The notes under the pieces were generated by a model, which was not told the DNA's origin, made no database searches, and was given only the letters and a program-made list of their open reading frames with translations. 64,000 nt of DNA from Candidatus Dormiibacterota bacterium (lineage in GTDB: Bacteria > Chloroflexota > Dormibacteria > Aeolococcales > Aeolococcaceae): the NCBI GenBank assembly GCA_963756075.1, contig CAVWMH010000003.1, positions 21,306 to 85,305 of the forward strand. The letters are read 5' to 3'. Positions within the stretch are counted from its first letter, which is position 1; each line of letters opens with the position of its first letter. Positions 25,028-34,086 of the stretch are shown here, piece by piece. The translations under genes were made by a program, and so were the position numbers.

Positions 25028-27775
25028 TCAACGTGCGGTCGCGATCACCCCGTCGGTCCGATTGACGCTGTCGTCGTGGACGCCGAGCTCCTTCAAGACA
25101 TCGTCGTACCGCCGGCGAGCCTGCGCCGCCCCTGCATATTCCCCACCCTGTTCCTGCGCGGCGATGAGCAACCGCCAGGCCGGATCGAGGTAGCGATCGA
25201 CGGTGACGGTCTCCGTGCAGATGGCAGCCGCCGCAGCGGGGTCTCCCGCGAGGACGGCACGCTCGGCGAGTTGCAACCCGGTCGCAGCGGCGTCGGCCCG
25301 GCACCGCTCACGGATTGCCTCGGCCCATTCAGCTGGACCTTCCTCCGGGAGCAGCCCCACCCGGAGCATCGACGCGGCTGTAGCGAAATCTGCAGCTGCA
25401 ACCGGGGGTTCACTTGCCGCCGTTTCCCGGGCGCGTGCCAGCAGCCTCTGGTAGGTGATCACGTCGCACGTGGAAGCCCCCGGGAGCGCCAGCCGGTATG
25501 AGTCGGCGTCACGCACCACCAACGCGCCGCCCCCTCGGGAAACGCCTGGCTCCAGCAGGCGCCGAAGCGACGACACTGCGACCTGCAGGTTGCGGAGACC
25601 CGTCATCGGATCCGCCTCCGGCCAGAGGGCTTCGCAGATCACCTCGCGATGTACCGGGGCGCCACCCTGCGCGCCGAGCAGGCGCAGCAGCGATCGAACC
25701 CTCGGTTTGACGGCTGTGAGGTCAATGGCGTGCCCGTCGACCGTGGCACTGAGCTGGCCAAAGCACCGCAGATCGATCACGGTGCCGGTCAGTGCGATCT
25801 CGCCGGGCGACGCTCGCTCCACAGCTTCGGCCGCCCGGCCGGACGGCAAGGCGCGTGTCTCCAGGTCGCGCGCAAAGCGCTGGATGCGATCAGCGTGCAG
25901 ATCGTGGAAGAGCTCTCCCGCCTGCAGGAGGATCGCGGAGGCTGAAGGATCACCGTGATCGCGACGGCCGGCCCCCTCGCAGAGGAGCGCAAGCGCGGCT
26001 CCCCAGCGATCCCCGTCCTGGAGACAGACATCCCGCACGGCGGCAGCCTGTGCAGGAGGGTCACCGCACGCGGCCAGCGAACGTGCCGCCCGCGCCAGCC
26101 GTGCAATCCAGCCGGCACCGATGGTCTCGGCGTGGTCCTCGGCTTGCCGTAGATCGACGAGGCCCGCCGCGTCGCCCATCAGCAGCACCGCTGCGCCGGC
26201 GATGAGTGACCCCGCCGCGGCGATGCCACTCGTGACGTCAGGCTGCAGCGCAATCCGGAGACCCAGTTCCCGGGCCTCGATGAAATGTCCGCCGATGAGC
26301 GCGGCCAGCGACGCGATCAACGAGTTTTTTGCACCGCTCTCGGTCGGAGGTCGCGCGCCCCTGCTCTCGGCCCCGGCCTCGAGGATCGCGCGCAAACCAG
26401 CTGACCAATGGCCCTCGCGAGGATGCGTGGTTTCGGGGTTCGTCCAGGACTGCAGGGTGAGCCGCTCGTCCCGGCAGAGGTCGGCGATGGCACGACCCGC
26501 GAACCCGGTTTCCGCGCGCCGGTATGCGTCGAGCGCGGCGTTGATGCGGCCCCCGGCCGCGCGGCGCCTCGCGAGCGCGAGGAGCAGCCACGGATCGTTC
26601 TCGAGCAGAGCCGGCGGCAGGCTCTCGATCCAGTCTCCCGGCTGGTCGGCGAGGGCAGCGCCCTCGCGGCCGAGAAGACGCGCCACAGCGTCTGCGTCTC
26701 CCGCGCGCGAATACGCACGCAGCGCCTCGGGGACGGCACCAATCTCTTCCAGCAACGCCCCGGCGCGGTGGCACGCCTCATGCACCGCCTGCTCACCAAT
26801 CTCGTCGACGAGCACTCCCTCAAGGTGGGCGCGCAGGACCTCGTGGTATCGGAAGCTGTTCTCGCCATCAAGGGCCTGGGTGAACAGCCGGCGCCGGTGC
26901 AGCTCCAGGAGGATCGCCTGACTTCCCCTGCGGTCGAGGTACCAGTCGCAGAGCTGCCCGTTGAGGACCCCGAGCACGGAGGTCGCGACCAGGAAATCCC
27001 GCAACTCAGCTGGCAGCTGATCCAGAACGTTGCTGGTGAGGAACTCCCTGATCATCCGCGAGCGCGAACTCAGGGCGCCGAGCACACTGCGCCGTTCATC
27101 GCCGCTGCGATTGCGGGTTGCCAGATGGAACAGGTGCAAGCCTGCCGCCCACCCATCGGTGCGCCGGGCGAGCTCAGCAAGCTCGTGTGGTCCAAGGGGT
27201 TGCCCGTAGAAGTCACGAAACAGTTGCTCCACCTCCCACGTCCGGAAGCGCAGATCGTCGACTCCGAGCTCGACGAGCCGGCCGGCCACGCGCAGGCGAG
27301 GCAGATTGAAGTGGGGCTGGCTGCGACTCGCGATCAGCACCGCGAGCGGCGCTGGCGCGTACTCGATGAAGCGCTCGAGAACCGTCTCGGCAGGCGTGCC
27401 TTCGATGGTGTGGGCATCGTCGATCACCAGGAGGGCTGGAGCGGTGATCCCCTCCTCGAGTGCTGCCGCCGCGCCCGCCAGGGTGGTCCACGGTCCGGCG
27501 AGCCCGCTGACGGCACGTCGCAGCGCAATCTCGAGGTGGAGGAGCAGTGAAGCCTCATTCGCATCCCAGGCTTCCATCCGGTACCACGCGACCGGTGCGC
27601 CGGCCGAAGCGGCGAACGCCGTCATGGCTGTCGTCTTGCCGTATCCGGCTGGCGCGACGATCAAGCCCAGGCGCTGAGCCCAGAGCGCGCTGAGCTGCAC
27701 GGCGATTCGCTCACGCGTCAGCGCGGGCGCGCTCGGCGGCTGGACCTTGTTCGTGATCACGCCGTGCGCGCTCAT
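25028..27775 (-). CDS. MalT-like STAND NTPase with C-terminal SARP winged-helix + BTAD domains
   Basis: The start is set at MSAHGVITNK (ATG 27775). The 156-aa upstream extension in the ORF track is Arg-rich and overlaps the divergent gene region. Walker A is IVAPAGYGKTTAM and Walker B is LLVIDDAH, followed by a helical repeat region. The C-terminus reads IDLRCFGQLSATVDGHAIDL...REVICEALWPEADP...LQVAVSSLRRLLEP (OmpR/SARP-type) followed by a BTAD-like part (AICTETVTVDRYLDPAWRLLIAAQEQGGEYAGAAQARRRYDDVLKELGV). Confidence 0.8.
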   Translation of the reverse strand: MSAHGVITNKVQPPSAPALTRERIAVQLSALWAQRLGLIVAPAGYGKTTAMTAFAASAGAPVAWYRMEAWDANEASLLLHLEIALRRAVSGLAGPWTTLAGAAAALEEGITAPALLVIDDAHTIEGTPAETVLERFIEYAPAPLAVLIASRSQPHFNLPRLRVAGRLVELGVDDLRFRTWEVEQLFRDFYGQPLGPHELAELARRTDGWAAGLHLFHLATRNRSGDERRSVLGALSSRSRMIREFLTSNVLDQLPAELRDFLVATSVLGVLNGQLCDWYLDRRGSQAILLELHRRRLFTQALDGENSFRYHEVLRAHLEGVLVDEIGEQAVHEACHRAGALLEEIGAVPEALRAYSRAGDADAVARLLGREGAALADQPGDWIESLPPALLENDPWLLLALARRRAAGGRINAALDAYRRAETGFAGRAIADLCRDERLTLQSWTNPETTHPREGHWSAGLRAILEAGAESRGARPPTESGAKNSLIASLAALIGGHFIEARELGLRIALQPDVTSGIAAAGSLIAGAAVLLMGDAAGLVDLRQAEDHAETIGAGWIARLARAARSLAACGDPPAQAAAVRDVCLQDGDRWGAALALLCEGAGRRDHGDPSASAILLQAGELFHDLHADRIQRFARDLETRALPSGRAAEAVERASPGEIALTGTVIDLRCFGQLSATVDGHAIDLTAVKPRVRSLLRLLGAQGGAPVHREVICEALWPEADPMTGLRNLQVAVSSLRRLLEPGVSRGGGALVVRDADSYRLALPGASTCDVITYQRLLARARETAASEPPVAAADFATAASMLRVGLLPEEGPAEWAEAIRERCRADAAATGLQLAERAVLAGDPAAAAAICTETVTVDRYLDPAWRLLIAAQEQGGEYAGAAQARRRYDDVLKELGVHDDSVNRTDGVIATAR

Positions 27776-27892
27776 CGATCCGTGGCGCCTCTCTCCGACT
27801 CCCACAGCGAATACACACTCCCTCGGGTAGCCACGCCATGCTGACAGGCCGCCGAGCACCGGGTCAATAGCGCGGACGATTAAGCTGACGGC

Positions 27893-28879
27893 GTGCAGGG
27901 ACGGATCCGGATCGTGGATGTTGCGACTGGCAGTGGGTGGCGGAGGCGCGCTGCGGCGCGAGCGTGCAGCCTCGCGCTCGCGAGTGGCGTGGTGTGCTCG
28001 TGCGGCGCCGCCAATGTGAACGTCACGGCGGTCGCGACCCAGATCTCGCCGACACCAGCGCCAACTCCGACGCCGTCGCCGACGAGCTCGGTCCCGATTA
28101 CCCAGCTGCTTTCCGTATGTCCGAAGACGCGAAGCTTCTCGTCGCTTCCGGTCTTCGCGAAGCTGGCGGACGCCAGCTATCTCGCAGTCGCCGCGGACGG
28201 CAGCGTCTGGGTGAGCAGCGAATCGCTCGGGCAGGTGGTCCATCTCTCATCCACGGGAGCAGCGATGGTCACGTACAACGAGCACACTCCGGAAGGCATC
28301 GTCGTCCTGCCGAATGGGCATGTGCTCGTGGCCGAGCAGGGTCCGGACCTCATCATCGAGCTCGACCCGTCGACGCTCTCGGTGACGACGTTCCTGCAGC
28401 TCACGCCGAATCCGCCGCAGCCCCAGGTGTCGGGGATCGGGTTGGACGCCGCCGATCATCTGGTCCTGGTGCCCGACACTGCGCAGTCGCGTGTCCTCAC
28501 AGTGCCGGTCGCCGGCGGCACGCCGTCGGTACTCATCTCCGGTATCGGCATTCCGACGGATGCGGCGGTCGGTCCGGGTAATGTCATTGAGGTCTCTCAG
28601 GCGACAGGCAACGGGATCCTGAGTGTTCCGATTGGCGGTGGTGTTGCCAAGAAGTACCCGGAGGTGGCAGGCCTTTTGGGTGTGGCGGTCAAGGATTTAC
28701 TCCTCTACGTGACAATGCCATCCAAGCATCAGGTCATCGCTCTCAATCCGGCGACCGGACACACCTACGCGCTGATCACCGGCATAGACCATCCCCAGGG
28801 GATTGCGCTCTTAAGCGATGGGCAACTGCTCATCGCCGACGCCACCAGTGGCACGCTGGCCATAGCGCCGACCTGCTAG
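27893..28879 (+). CDS. secreted NHL/SMP-30-like six-bladed beta-propeller protein
   Basis: It has an N-terminal signal-like segment (RRRAAARACSLALASGVVCSCG). Repeated blades follow: PEGIVVLPNGHVLVAEQG, SGIGLDAADHLVLVPD, PTDAAVGPGNVIEVSQ, LLGVAVKDLLLYVT, PQGIALLSDGQLLIAD. The start codon (GTG) is uncertain. Confidence 0.6.
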   Translation: MQGRIRIVDVATGSGWRRRAAARACSLALASGVVCSCGAANVNVTAVATQISPTPAPTPTPSPTSSVPITQLLSVCPKTRSFSSLPVFAKLADASYLAVAADGSVWVSSESLGQVVHLSSTGAAMVTYNEHTPEGIVVLPNGHVLVAEQGPDLIIELDPSTLSVTTFLQLTPNPPQPQVSGIGLDAADHLVLVPDTAQSRVLTVPVAGGTPSVLISGIGIPTDAAVGPGNVIEVSQATGNGILSVPIGGGVAKKYPEVAGLLGVAVKDLLLYVTMPSKHQVIALNPATGHTYALITGIDHPQGIALLSDGQLLIADATSGTLAIAPTC

Positions 28880-28985
28880 CACTTCCTCGCTGAGATCCCG
28901 ACACGCCGCCTTCATGACGGGAGCTCGGCACAGACAGCTCGAACGTGAATTCGATGCCGCCAGCCCCGTGTACACTCTGCCGTCC

Positions 28986-29897
28986 ATGGGAGTACGCGCA
29001 GTCATCTCCGCGAACTCATTGGAGGTGCAGCCGGGCGCGAGCGCCGTCGTCACGGTGACCGTCCGCAATACCGGTGCGGTCGTGGATCACTTCCACGTCG
29101 ACGTGCTCGGCGATGCGATGTCGTGGGCCACCATCACGCCGGCGACGCTCCCGCTCTTTCCCGATGCCCAGGGGCTCGTCACCATCGATTTCCGCCCGCC
29201 GCGGTCTTCGGATGTGCGCGCCGGAAGCGTTCCATTTGGCGTGAGGGTTGCATCGGAAGTGCACCCGGGGGACGCGACGGTGGAGGAGGGGACGCTTGAG
29301 GTCGGAGCATTCACAGGTCTGAAGGCAGAGATGATCCCGGAGATATCCCGGGCCCGCCGTGTCGGCCGTCACGAAATCGCCTGCGACAACCTCGGGAACA
29401 CACCGGTGATGCTCGGATTCCGCGGCACCGACCCCGAGAACACCCTCCGCTTCGACTTTCGACCGCGCAATCCGGTGGGTCAGCCGGGAACGGCCACGAT
29501 CGTGCGCCTCGGCGTTCGACCGCGCCATCGAATTTTCATGGGAAGCCCGCGGACGTACCGCTTCCAACTCGTCGTGCAGCCGAAGGACGGGGAGCCGGTC
29601 AACATCAACGGATCCATGGTGCAGATGCCGCTTGTGCCCAAGGCGCTGGTGGAACTCGCCGGGCTGATCGCGGCAGCAGGCGTGGCCGCCCTTGTCTGGG
29701 TCGGTCCGCTTCATTCAGGAAATGCAACGTCGCCCGCTTCGACACCGACCAGCGCACCGTCGTCGACACCAACCCCGACCGCGACACCAACGCCGAGTCC
29801 CTCCGCGACGCCGTCACCTAGCCCGTCGCCGACCCCGTCACCGACGCCATCTGCCCCCACGTTCACCTTCGTCCCGCTGCAAACGCTCAACATCTGA
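28986..29897 (+). CDS. tandem beta-sandwich (CARDB/NEW3-like) protein with C-terminal TM helix and P/T/S-rich tail
   Basis: The protein starts MGVRAVISANSLEVQPGASAVVTVTVRNTGAVVDHFHVDVLG. A second similar module follows, then a TM helix LVELAGLIAAAGVAALVWV, then TPTPSPSATPSPSPSPTPSPTPS low complexity. Confidence 0.6.
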   Translation: MGVRAVISANSLEVQPGASAVVTVTVRNTGAVVDHFHVDVLGDAMSWATITPATLPLFPDAQGLVTIDFRPPRSSDVRAGSVPFGVRVASEVHPGDATVEEGTLEVGAFTGLKAEMIPEISRARRVGRHEIACDNLGNTPVMLGFRGTDPENTLRFDFRPRNPVGQPGTATIVRLGVRPRHRIFMGSPRTYRFQLVVQPKDGEPVNINGSMVQMPLVPKALVELAGLIAAAGVAALVWVGPLHSGNATSPASTPTSAPSSTPTPTATPTPSPSATPSPSPSPTPSPTPSAPTFTFVPLQTLNI

Positions 29898-30040
29898 CGA
29901 TGTCGTGCTTTGCTCACTGCGGTGATCGACGGGCTGACGCGACATCCCCAGGTGACGGCGGGCATACTTAGTGTCAGGCGCGGCAGTGGCGGCTCGGCGG
30001 TCTCAGCTGCGGCGCCACCGCCGCATTCTGGAGGACGACA

Positions 30041-30697
30041 ATGACTCTATCGCTCGGCAACACCGCGCCTGACTTCGTCGCCGAGACCACCCAAGGCCCC
30101 ATCAGCTTCCACGACTGGATCGGTGAATCATGGGCGGTCCTCTTCTCGCATCCCAAGGACTTCACGCCGGTTTGCACGACCGAGCTCGGTTACATGGCGA
30201 AGATCCAACCCGAGTTCGATCGCCGTAACGTCAAGGTCATCGGCCTCTCGGTTGACCCTGTTGACAAGCACGCGCGGTGGGCCGACGACATCGAGGAAAC
30301 TCAGGGTGCTCGCCCGGCGTATCCGATCATCGCGGACGCCGATTACAACGTCGCGAAGCTGTACGAGATGCTGCCGGCAAGCACCTCTGGAGATCCCGCA
30401 CAGCGAACGCCGGCGGATAACCAGACTGTCCGCAATGTCTTCGTGATCGGTCCGGACAAGAAGGTCAAGCTGATCCTCGTCTACCCGATGACCACCGGGC
30501 GCAATTTCGATGAGGTCCTCCGAGTGATCAACTCGCTCCAGCTCACTGCCAAGCACCGCGTTTCGACCCCGGTGAACTGGAAGCAGGGTGAGGACGTGAT
30601 AATCGCCGGCTCCGTGTCGGACGATGAGGCGAAGCAGATCTTCCCCGGCTACACGGCGCCGAAGCCTTACCTGCGGATCACCCCGCAGCCACGGTAG
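30041..30697 (+). CDS. 1-Cys peroxiredoxin (Prx6-type)
   Basis: LGNTAPDFVAETTQGPISFHDWIGESWAVLFSHPKDFTPVCTTELG contains the PVCTTE peroxidatic-Cys motif. 218 aa. Confidence 0.9.
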   Translation: MTLSLGNTAPDFVAETTQGPISFHDWIGESWAVLFSHPKDFTPVCTTELGYMAKIQPEFDRRNVKVIGLSVDPVDKHARWADDIEETQGARPAYPIIADADYNVAKLYEMLPASTSGDPAQRTPADNQTVRNVFVIGPDKKVKLILVYPMTTGRNFDEVLRVINSLQLTAKHRVSTPVNWKQGEDVIIAGSVSDDEAKQIFPGYTAPKPYLRITPQPR

Positions 30698-30798
30698 AAA
30701 GTCCAAGCCGGCGCTGATTTCACGCCCCCACTACTTCGATTGCGCTCCCCCTACGTCGGATGTCGGTCACGAACCGGGTCATCTGGTTTCGACCGCCG

Positions 30799-31038
30799 TT
30801 ATCGCCTTGGCTCGACGCTGACGTGCCCCTTCTTGTGCTTGGACCGCTGGACGCTGATCCGAAGCATCACGATGACGACGAGCGGGATGACCAACCATGC
30901 TGGGAAGTGCCCGTTGTTGAGCAGGGAGGTCGCTGCAAGGCCCACCACGACCGATGCCGCCACCGTCCAGTCATCGCCGATGATGAACCGGTACCAGAAC
31001 CGGCCAAAGCCGACCAGCCACGACATGAGCCGCATCAT
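30799..31038 (-). CDS. small membrane protein
   Basis: 79 aa with two hydrophobic helices. Its ATGA overlaps the stop of the upstream membrane-protein gene, suggesting an operon partner. Confidence 0.5.
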   Translation of the reverse strand: MMRLMSWLVGFGRFWYRFIIGDDWTVAASVVVGLAATSLLNNGHFPAWLVIPLVVIVMLRISVQRSKHKKGHVSVEPRR

Positions 31039-31781
31039 CGCGCCACCTCGCCCAGATTCACGGTTACGCTGCCTCGGCGCCCAGCATGGCGTTCGACGGC
31101 GATATTGATCGCGGCTGTGAACACATAAAGCGCCAGGAGTCCGACGATCGCCATGTCACCTCCGGGCCAACTCACCCCGAGACCCTCGGTCGCCCAGAAC
31201 GAACCGAAAGTCGTGAGAAGGAGGCCGACGACGAGTTGCAGGAAGCTGCGCGGAATCCGTGCCACGAGTCGCGATAGGACCGCGCCGACCGTACCAACCA
31301 CCAGGAGAGCGGCGGCACCACCCAGTACGGCGACTCCCAACTGGCCGGCGGTGGCGCCGACCGAAACGACGATGAACGCGACCTCCAGTCCCTCCAGCAA
31401 CACGCCCTTGAAGGACAAGACGAATGCGGTCCAGTCGACACCGCTGGCGGTCCACACTTCGGGGCTTTGACTCGCGTCGACCTGCATGCCAGCGAATCCA
31501 CGAGCCGCGACCCGTACAACCCCCTTTCGGAACCACTGCAACCCGAAGACCAGCAGCAGCGCGCCGATGACGAGCCTGAGCGGGCCGATCGGAATCGCGC
31601 TGAGCGCCAGGCCAAAGACCGCGACGACGACCATCAGCACGACGAAACCGGCCGCCGCTCCGAGCAGCGTGGAGCGCCAGCCGCGCGTCGCGCCGACACC
31701 CACCACAATGGTGACCATCTCGATCGCCTCGACCGCTGACGCGAGGAACGTTGTGATCAGAACGGGCACGGGGCCGGTCAT
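31035..31781 (-). CDS. polytopic membrane protein with internal two-fold repeat (COG4280-like, function unknown)
   Basis: The motif E-x-x-E...IVV-x-VGAT-x-G occurs twice (AVEAIEMVTIVVGVGATRG and LLEGLEVAFIVVSVGATAG). It has about 6 TM helices. Confidence 0.6.
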   Translation of the reverse strand: MTGPVPVLITTFLASAVEAIEMVTIVVGVGATRGWRSTLLGAAAGFVVLMVVVAVFGLALSAIPIGPLRLVIGALLLVFGLQWFRKGVVRVAARGFAGMQVDASQSPEVWTASGVDWTAFVLSFKGVLLEGLEVAFIVVSVGATAGQLGVAVLGGAAALLVVGTVGAVLSRLVARIPRSFLQLVVGLLLTTFGSFWATEGLGVSWPGGDMAIVGLLALYVFTAAINIAVERHAGRRGSVTVNLGEVAR

Positions 31782-31784
31782 GCC

Positions 31785-32615
31785 TCAGCCCGCGTCGTCC
31801 GCCATCACTTCCTCGGCGAAAGCCTCCACACGGCGCCTTCCCTCGCTTGGCCACCCGCATACGAGATAGCTGATTCCGGCTTCCGCCATGGCTTCGATGT
31901 TCGCCCGAACGACGGCGTCCGGCTCTGAAAGCGACAGCGACGAGGCCCTGCGAATGGCACCGGGGTCTCTACCGACATCTTCGGCGAGCCGGTCGAGGCG
32001 GACGGACAACCCACGTAGCTCGTCCGGACTCCCGTAGCTGTGCCAAACATCGGCGTAGCGCGCTGCGAGCGGGAGAGTGCGGCGCAGCCCAGACCCGCCG
32101 ATCCAGATTGGTGGGTGAGGTCGCTGAACGGGGATCGGCCACGCGCGCGCGTCACTGAGACTGAAATGACGGCCTTTGTACGAGACCACGTCTCCGGTCG
32201 TGAGGCGAGTGATGATCTCGAGGGTGTCCTGCAAGCGGTCGAAACGCTCGCCGATCGGCGGGAACTCGATCCCGAGTTGGCTGTGCTCCGGTTCGTACCA
32301 CGCGGCGCCGAGAGCAAGCTCCAAGCGCCCGTGGCTGGCATGGTCTACGGTGATTGCTTCAACAGCCAGGACCGAGGGGTGCCGGTAGGTCACCCCTGTG
32401 ACGAGGAGCCCTAGGCGGATGGTGCTCGTCAGGGCGGCCAGTGCCGCAAGCGTGGTCATGCCTTCGAAGCACTCACCCGGACCTTCGCCATACATCGGGA
32501 CGAAGTGGTCAAATCCCCAGGCGCCGTCGAAACCTAGCTCCTCCGCGAACTGTACGCGACTGACGATCTCGTCAAAGGCCATCCGCTGCTGCGCGATGTC
32601 GATCCCGAAACGCAT
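31785..32615 (-). CDS. LLM-class (luciferase-like) F420-dependent oxidoreductase
   Basis: MRFGIDIAQQ...AEELGFDGAWGFDHF...RLGLLVTGVTYRHPSVLA...GRLELALGAAW...PPIWIGGSG follows the typical LLM pattern. Confidence 0.85.
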   Translation of the reverse strand: MRFGIDIAQQRMAFDEIVSRVQFAEELGFDGAWGFDHFVPMYGEGPGECFEGMTTLAALAALTSTIRLGLLVTGVTYRHPSVLAVEAITVDHASHGRLELALGAAWYEPEHSQLGIEFPPIGERFDRLQDTLEIITRLTTGDVVSYKGRHFSLSDARAWPIPVQRPHPPIWIGGSGLRRTLPLAARYADVWHSYGSPDELRGLSVRLDRLAEDVGRDPGAIRRASSLSLSEPDAVVRANIEAMAEAGISYLVCGWPSEGRRRVEAFAEEVMADDAG

Positions 32616-32667
32616 GCCGGGGATGCTATCAGCGCAATCTCTGCTGAACGGGTCGCGGCCGCGGCTC

Positions 32668-32910
32668 TCAGACGCGGCGTGGCGCGAGCACCGGGATCGT
32701 GCGGACGCCCGACGTGCGCTGCGTGTATTCGCCGAAGTTCCGGTATCGGCGAGCCTGCTCGGCGTACACGCGCTCGCGCTCGTCCCCGGTCAGCTCGCTG
32801 ACCGCCTCGGGAATGTCGTCCGTCCCCACCTCGACGTGTGCGGAGCCGGCGTTGATCAGGTTGTAGTACCAGGAGGGGTTGTCAGGGTTCCAGTCGCCGC
32901 GGTCGGGCAT
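32668..32910 (-). pseudogene. C-terminal remnant of a DDN-family deazaflavin-dependent nitroreductase
   Basis: Only 80 aa are present: NPSWYYNLINAGSAHVEVG...ERERVYAEQARRYRNFGEYTQRTSGVRTIPVLAP. This matches the C-terminal half of the roughly 140-aa family. The N-terminal half is absent and only about 100 nt separate it from the next gene. Confidence 0.55.
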
Positions 32911-33011
32911 GAGGCGCCTCCGAAAAAGCCGTGTCGATTGGGCGACGATAGCGTTCCCAGAGCCTCGTTGGGCCGGCGGGAGTCCCGGGCAAGGGTCGGC
33001 CGATGGATGGC

Positions 33012-33383
33012 TCAGCCTTGCCGGAGTCCGATGGTATTCCCGTCCGGGTCGTGGAACCACGCCACCCGCGCCGGGCCGAGCTGGGCGATGTGTCCGGTGG
33101 TCTGCAAAGGCCCCTCGGTGTAGTCGATGAAGGCGACGCCGCGCTCCTCGAGCTCGCGAACCGCACCCTCCACGTCGATCACCTCGAAATGCGCCAAGGT
33201 GTGGTCCGCGGCACTCGGTCCCCGACGGAAGATCGAGAGCTCCGTCCCGCCACCGCAGCCGAAGCGAACTGATGCCGGGTTGTCCCAGAGGAATGTCAGC
33301 CCGAGCGTTTCCCCATAGAAGCGCCGCGAGCGGTCGAGATCCGTGACGGGGATCGTGGCGACGACCATCGACGTACCAAGCAT
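33012..33383 (-). CDS. VOC (glyoxalase/bleomycin-resistance/dioxygenase) family protein
   Basis: VVATIPVTDLDRSRRFYGETLGL...HFEVIDVEGAVRELEERGV...VAWFHDPDGNTIGL. Confidence 0.85.
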   Translation of the reverse strand: MLGTSMVVATIPVTDLDRSRRFYGETLGLTFLWDNPASVRFGCGGGTELSIFRRGPSAADHTLAHFEVIDVEGAVRELEERGVAFIDYTEGPLQTTGHIAQLGPARVAWFHDPDGNTIGLRQG

Positions 33384-33488
33384 GTCCTGCCTCCATGCCC
33401 CGACCAGCGCGGGGATTTACTTGTTATGCCAAGTATCCTAACGAAGCTATATTTGGCATGTCAAGTACCTGTGCGATATGATCTCGGT

Positions 33489-33998
33489 ATGAGCGACGCG
33501 AGCCTCGATCGCTGGCTTCCGGGCTGGATGGCCCTGCTCCGGGTGTATCCGAGATACGTCGACTACGTCGAGGCCGAGATGCGTCGTGAGCACGGCTTGA
33601 CCATGCCGCGGTACGACGTGCTCGCGCAACTCGATCTTGCGGGAGGGCGCCTCGGACTCACCGAGCTTGCCTCGCGGATCTGGTTGTCGCCGTCGGGCTT
33701 GTCGAAATTGCTCGATCGAATGGAGGTATCCGGTCTCATCGTCCGCGAGCCGGACCCGAGGGACGCGCGGTCATGGTTCGCGGTGCTCACTGTCAGCGGT
33801 CGGTCACGGGTGCGACGAGCACGGGAGTCGCACCACGCGCTGCTGGCATCGACGTTCGGACGCGTCCTGAATGATCGGGATGTTGCTGGATTAGTGCGCG
33901 CGATGAAGCGGCTTGGCGAGACATTTGGGTCGCGCGACCTGGGGTCGGGCGCCCAGTCGAAGCAGAGCGCGCGGCCACGCCGCGGAGACCGCAGTTGA
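33489..33998 (+). CDS. MarR-family transcriptional regulator
   Basis: LTMPRYDVLAQLDLAGGRLGLTELASRIWLSPSGLSKLLDRMEVSGLIVREPDPRDARS is a winged HTH. It is divergent from the VOC gene. The start is taken at ATG 33489. Confidence 0.8.
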   Translation: MSDASLDRWLPGWMALLRVYPRYVDYVEAEMRREHGLTMPRYDVLAQLDLAGGRLGLTELASRIWLSPSGLSKLLDRMEVSGLIVREPDPRDARSWFAVLTVSGRSRVRRARESHHALLASTFGRVLNDRDVAGLVRAMKRLGETFGSRDLGSGAQSKQSARPRRGDRS

Positions 33999-34049
33999 GC
34001 CAGCCTCTCAGGCACGCTCTCGAGCCGAGGCCGGGCACTCGAGCCGCTC

Positions 34050-34086
34050 GCAAAAGAAAAGCTCCACACCTTGCGGCGCGGAGCTT
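34050..34086 (-). terminator. rho-independent-type terminator on the minus strand
   Basis: A 12-bp stem (34059-34070 pairing with 34075-34086) with a 4-nt loop. Two positions pair as G-U only in the minus-strand RNA, and the stem is followed on that strand by UUUUCUUUUG (complement of 34050-34059). Confidence 0.5.

Noticed and set aside
27776-28243. A 156-aa N-terminal extension of the STAND-SARP ORF (ORF-track start 28243).
   Set aside because: The extension is an Arg-rich nonsense-like sequence that overlaps the divergent NHL-propeller gene. The recognisable protein begins at MSAHGVITNK (ATG 27775).
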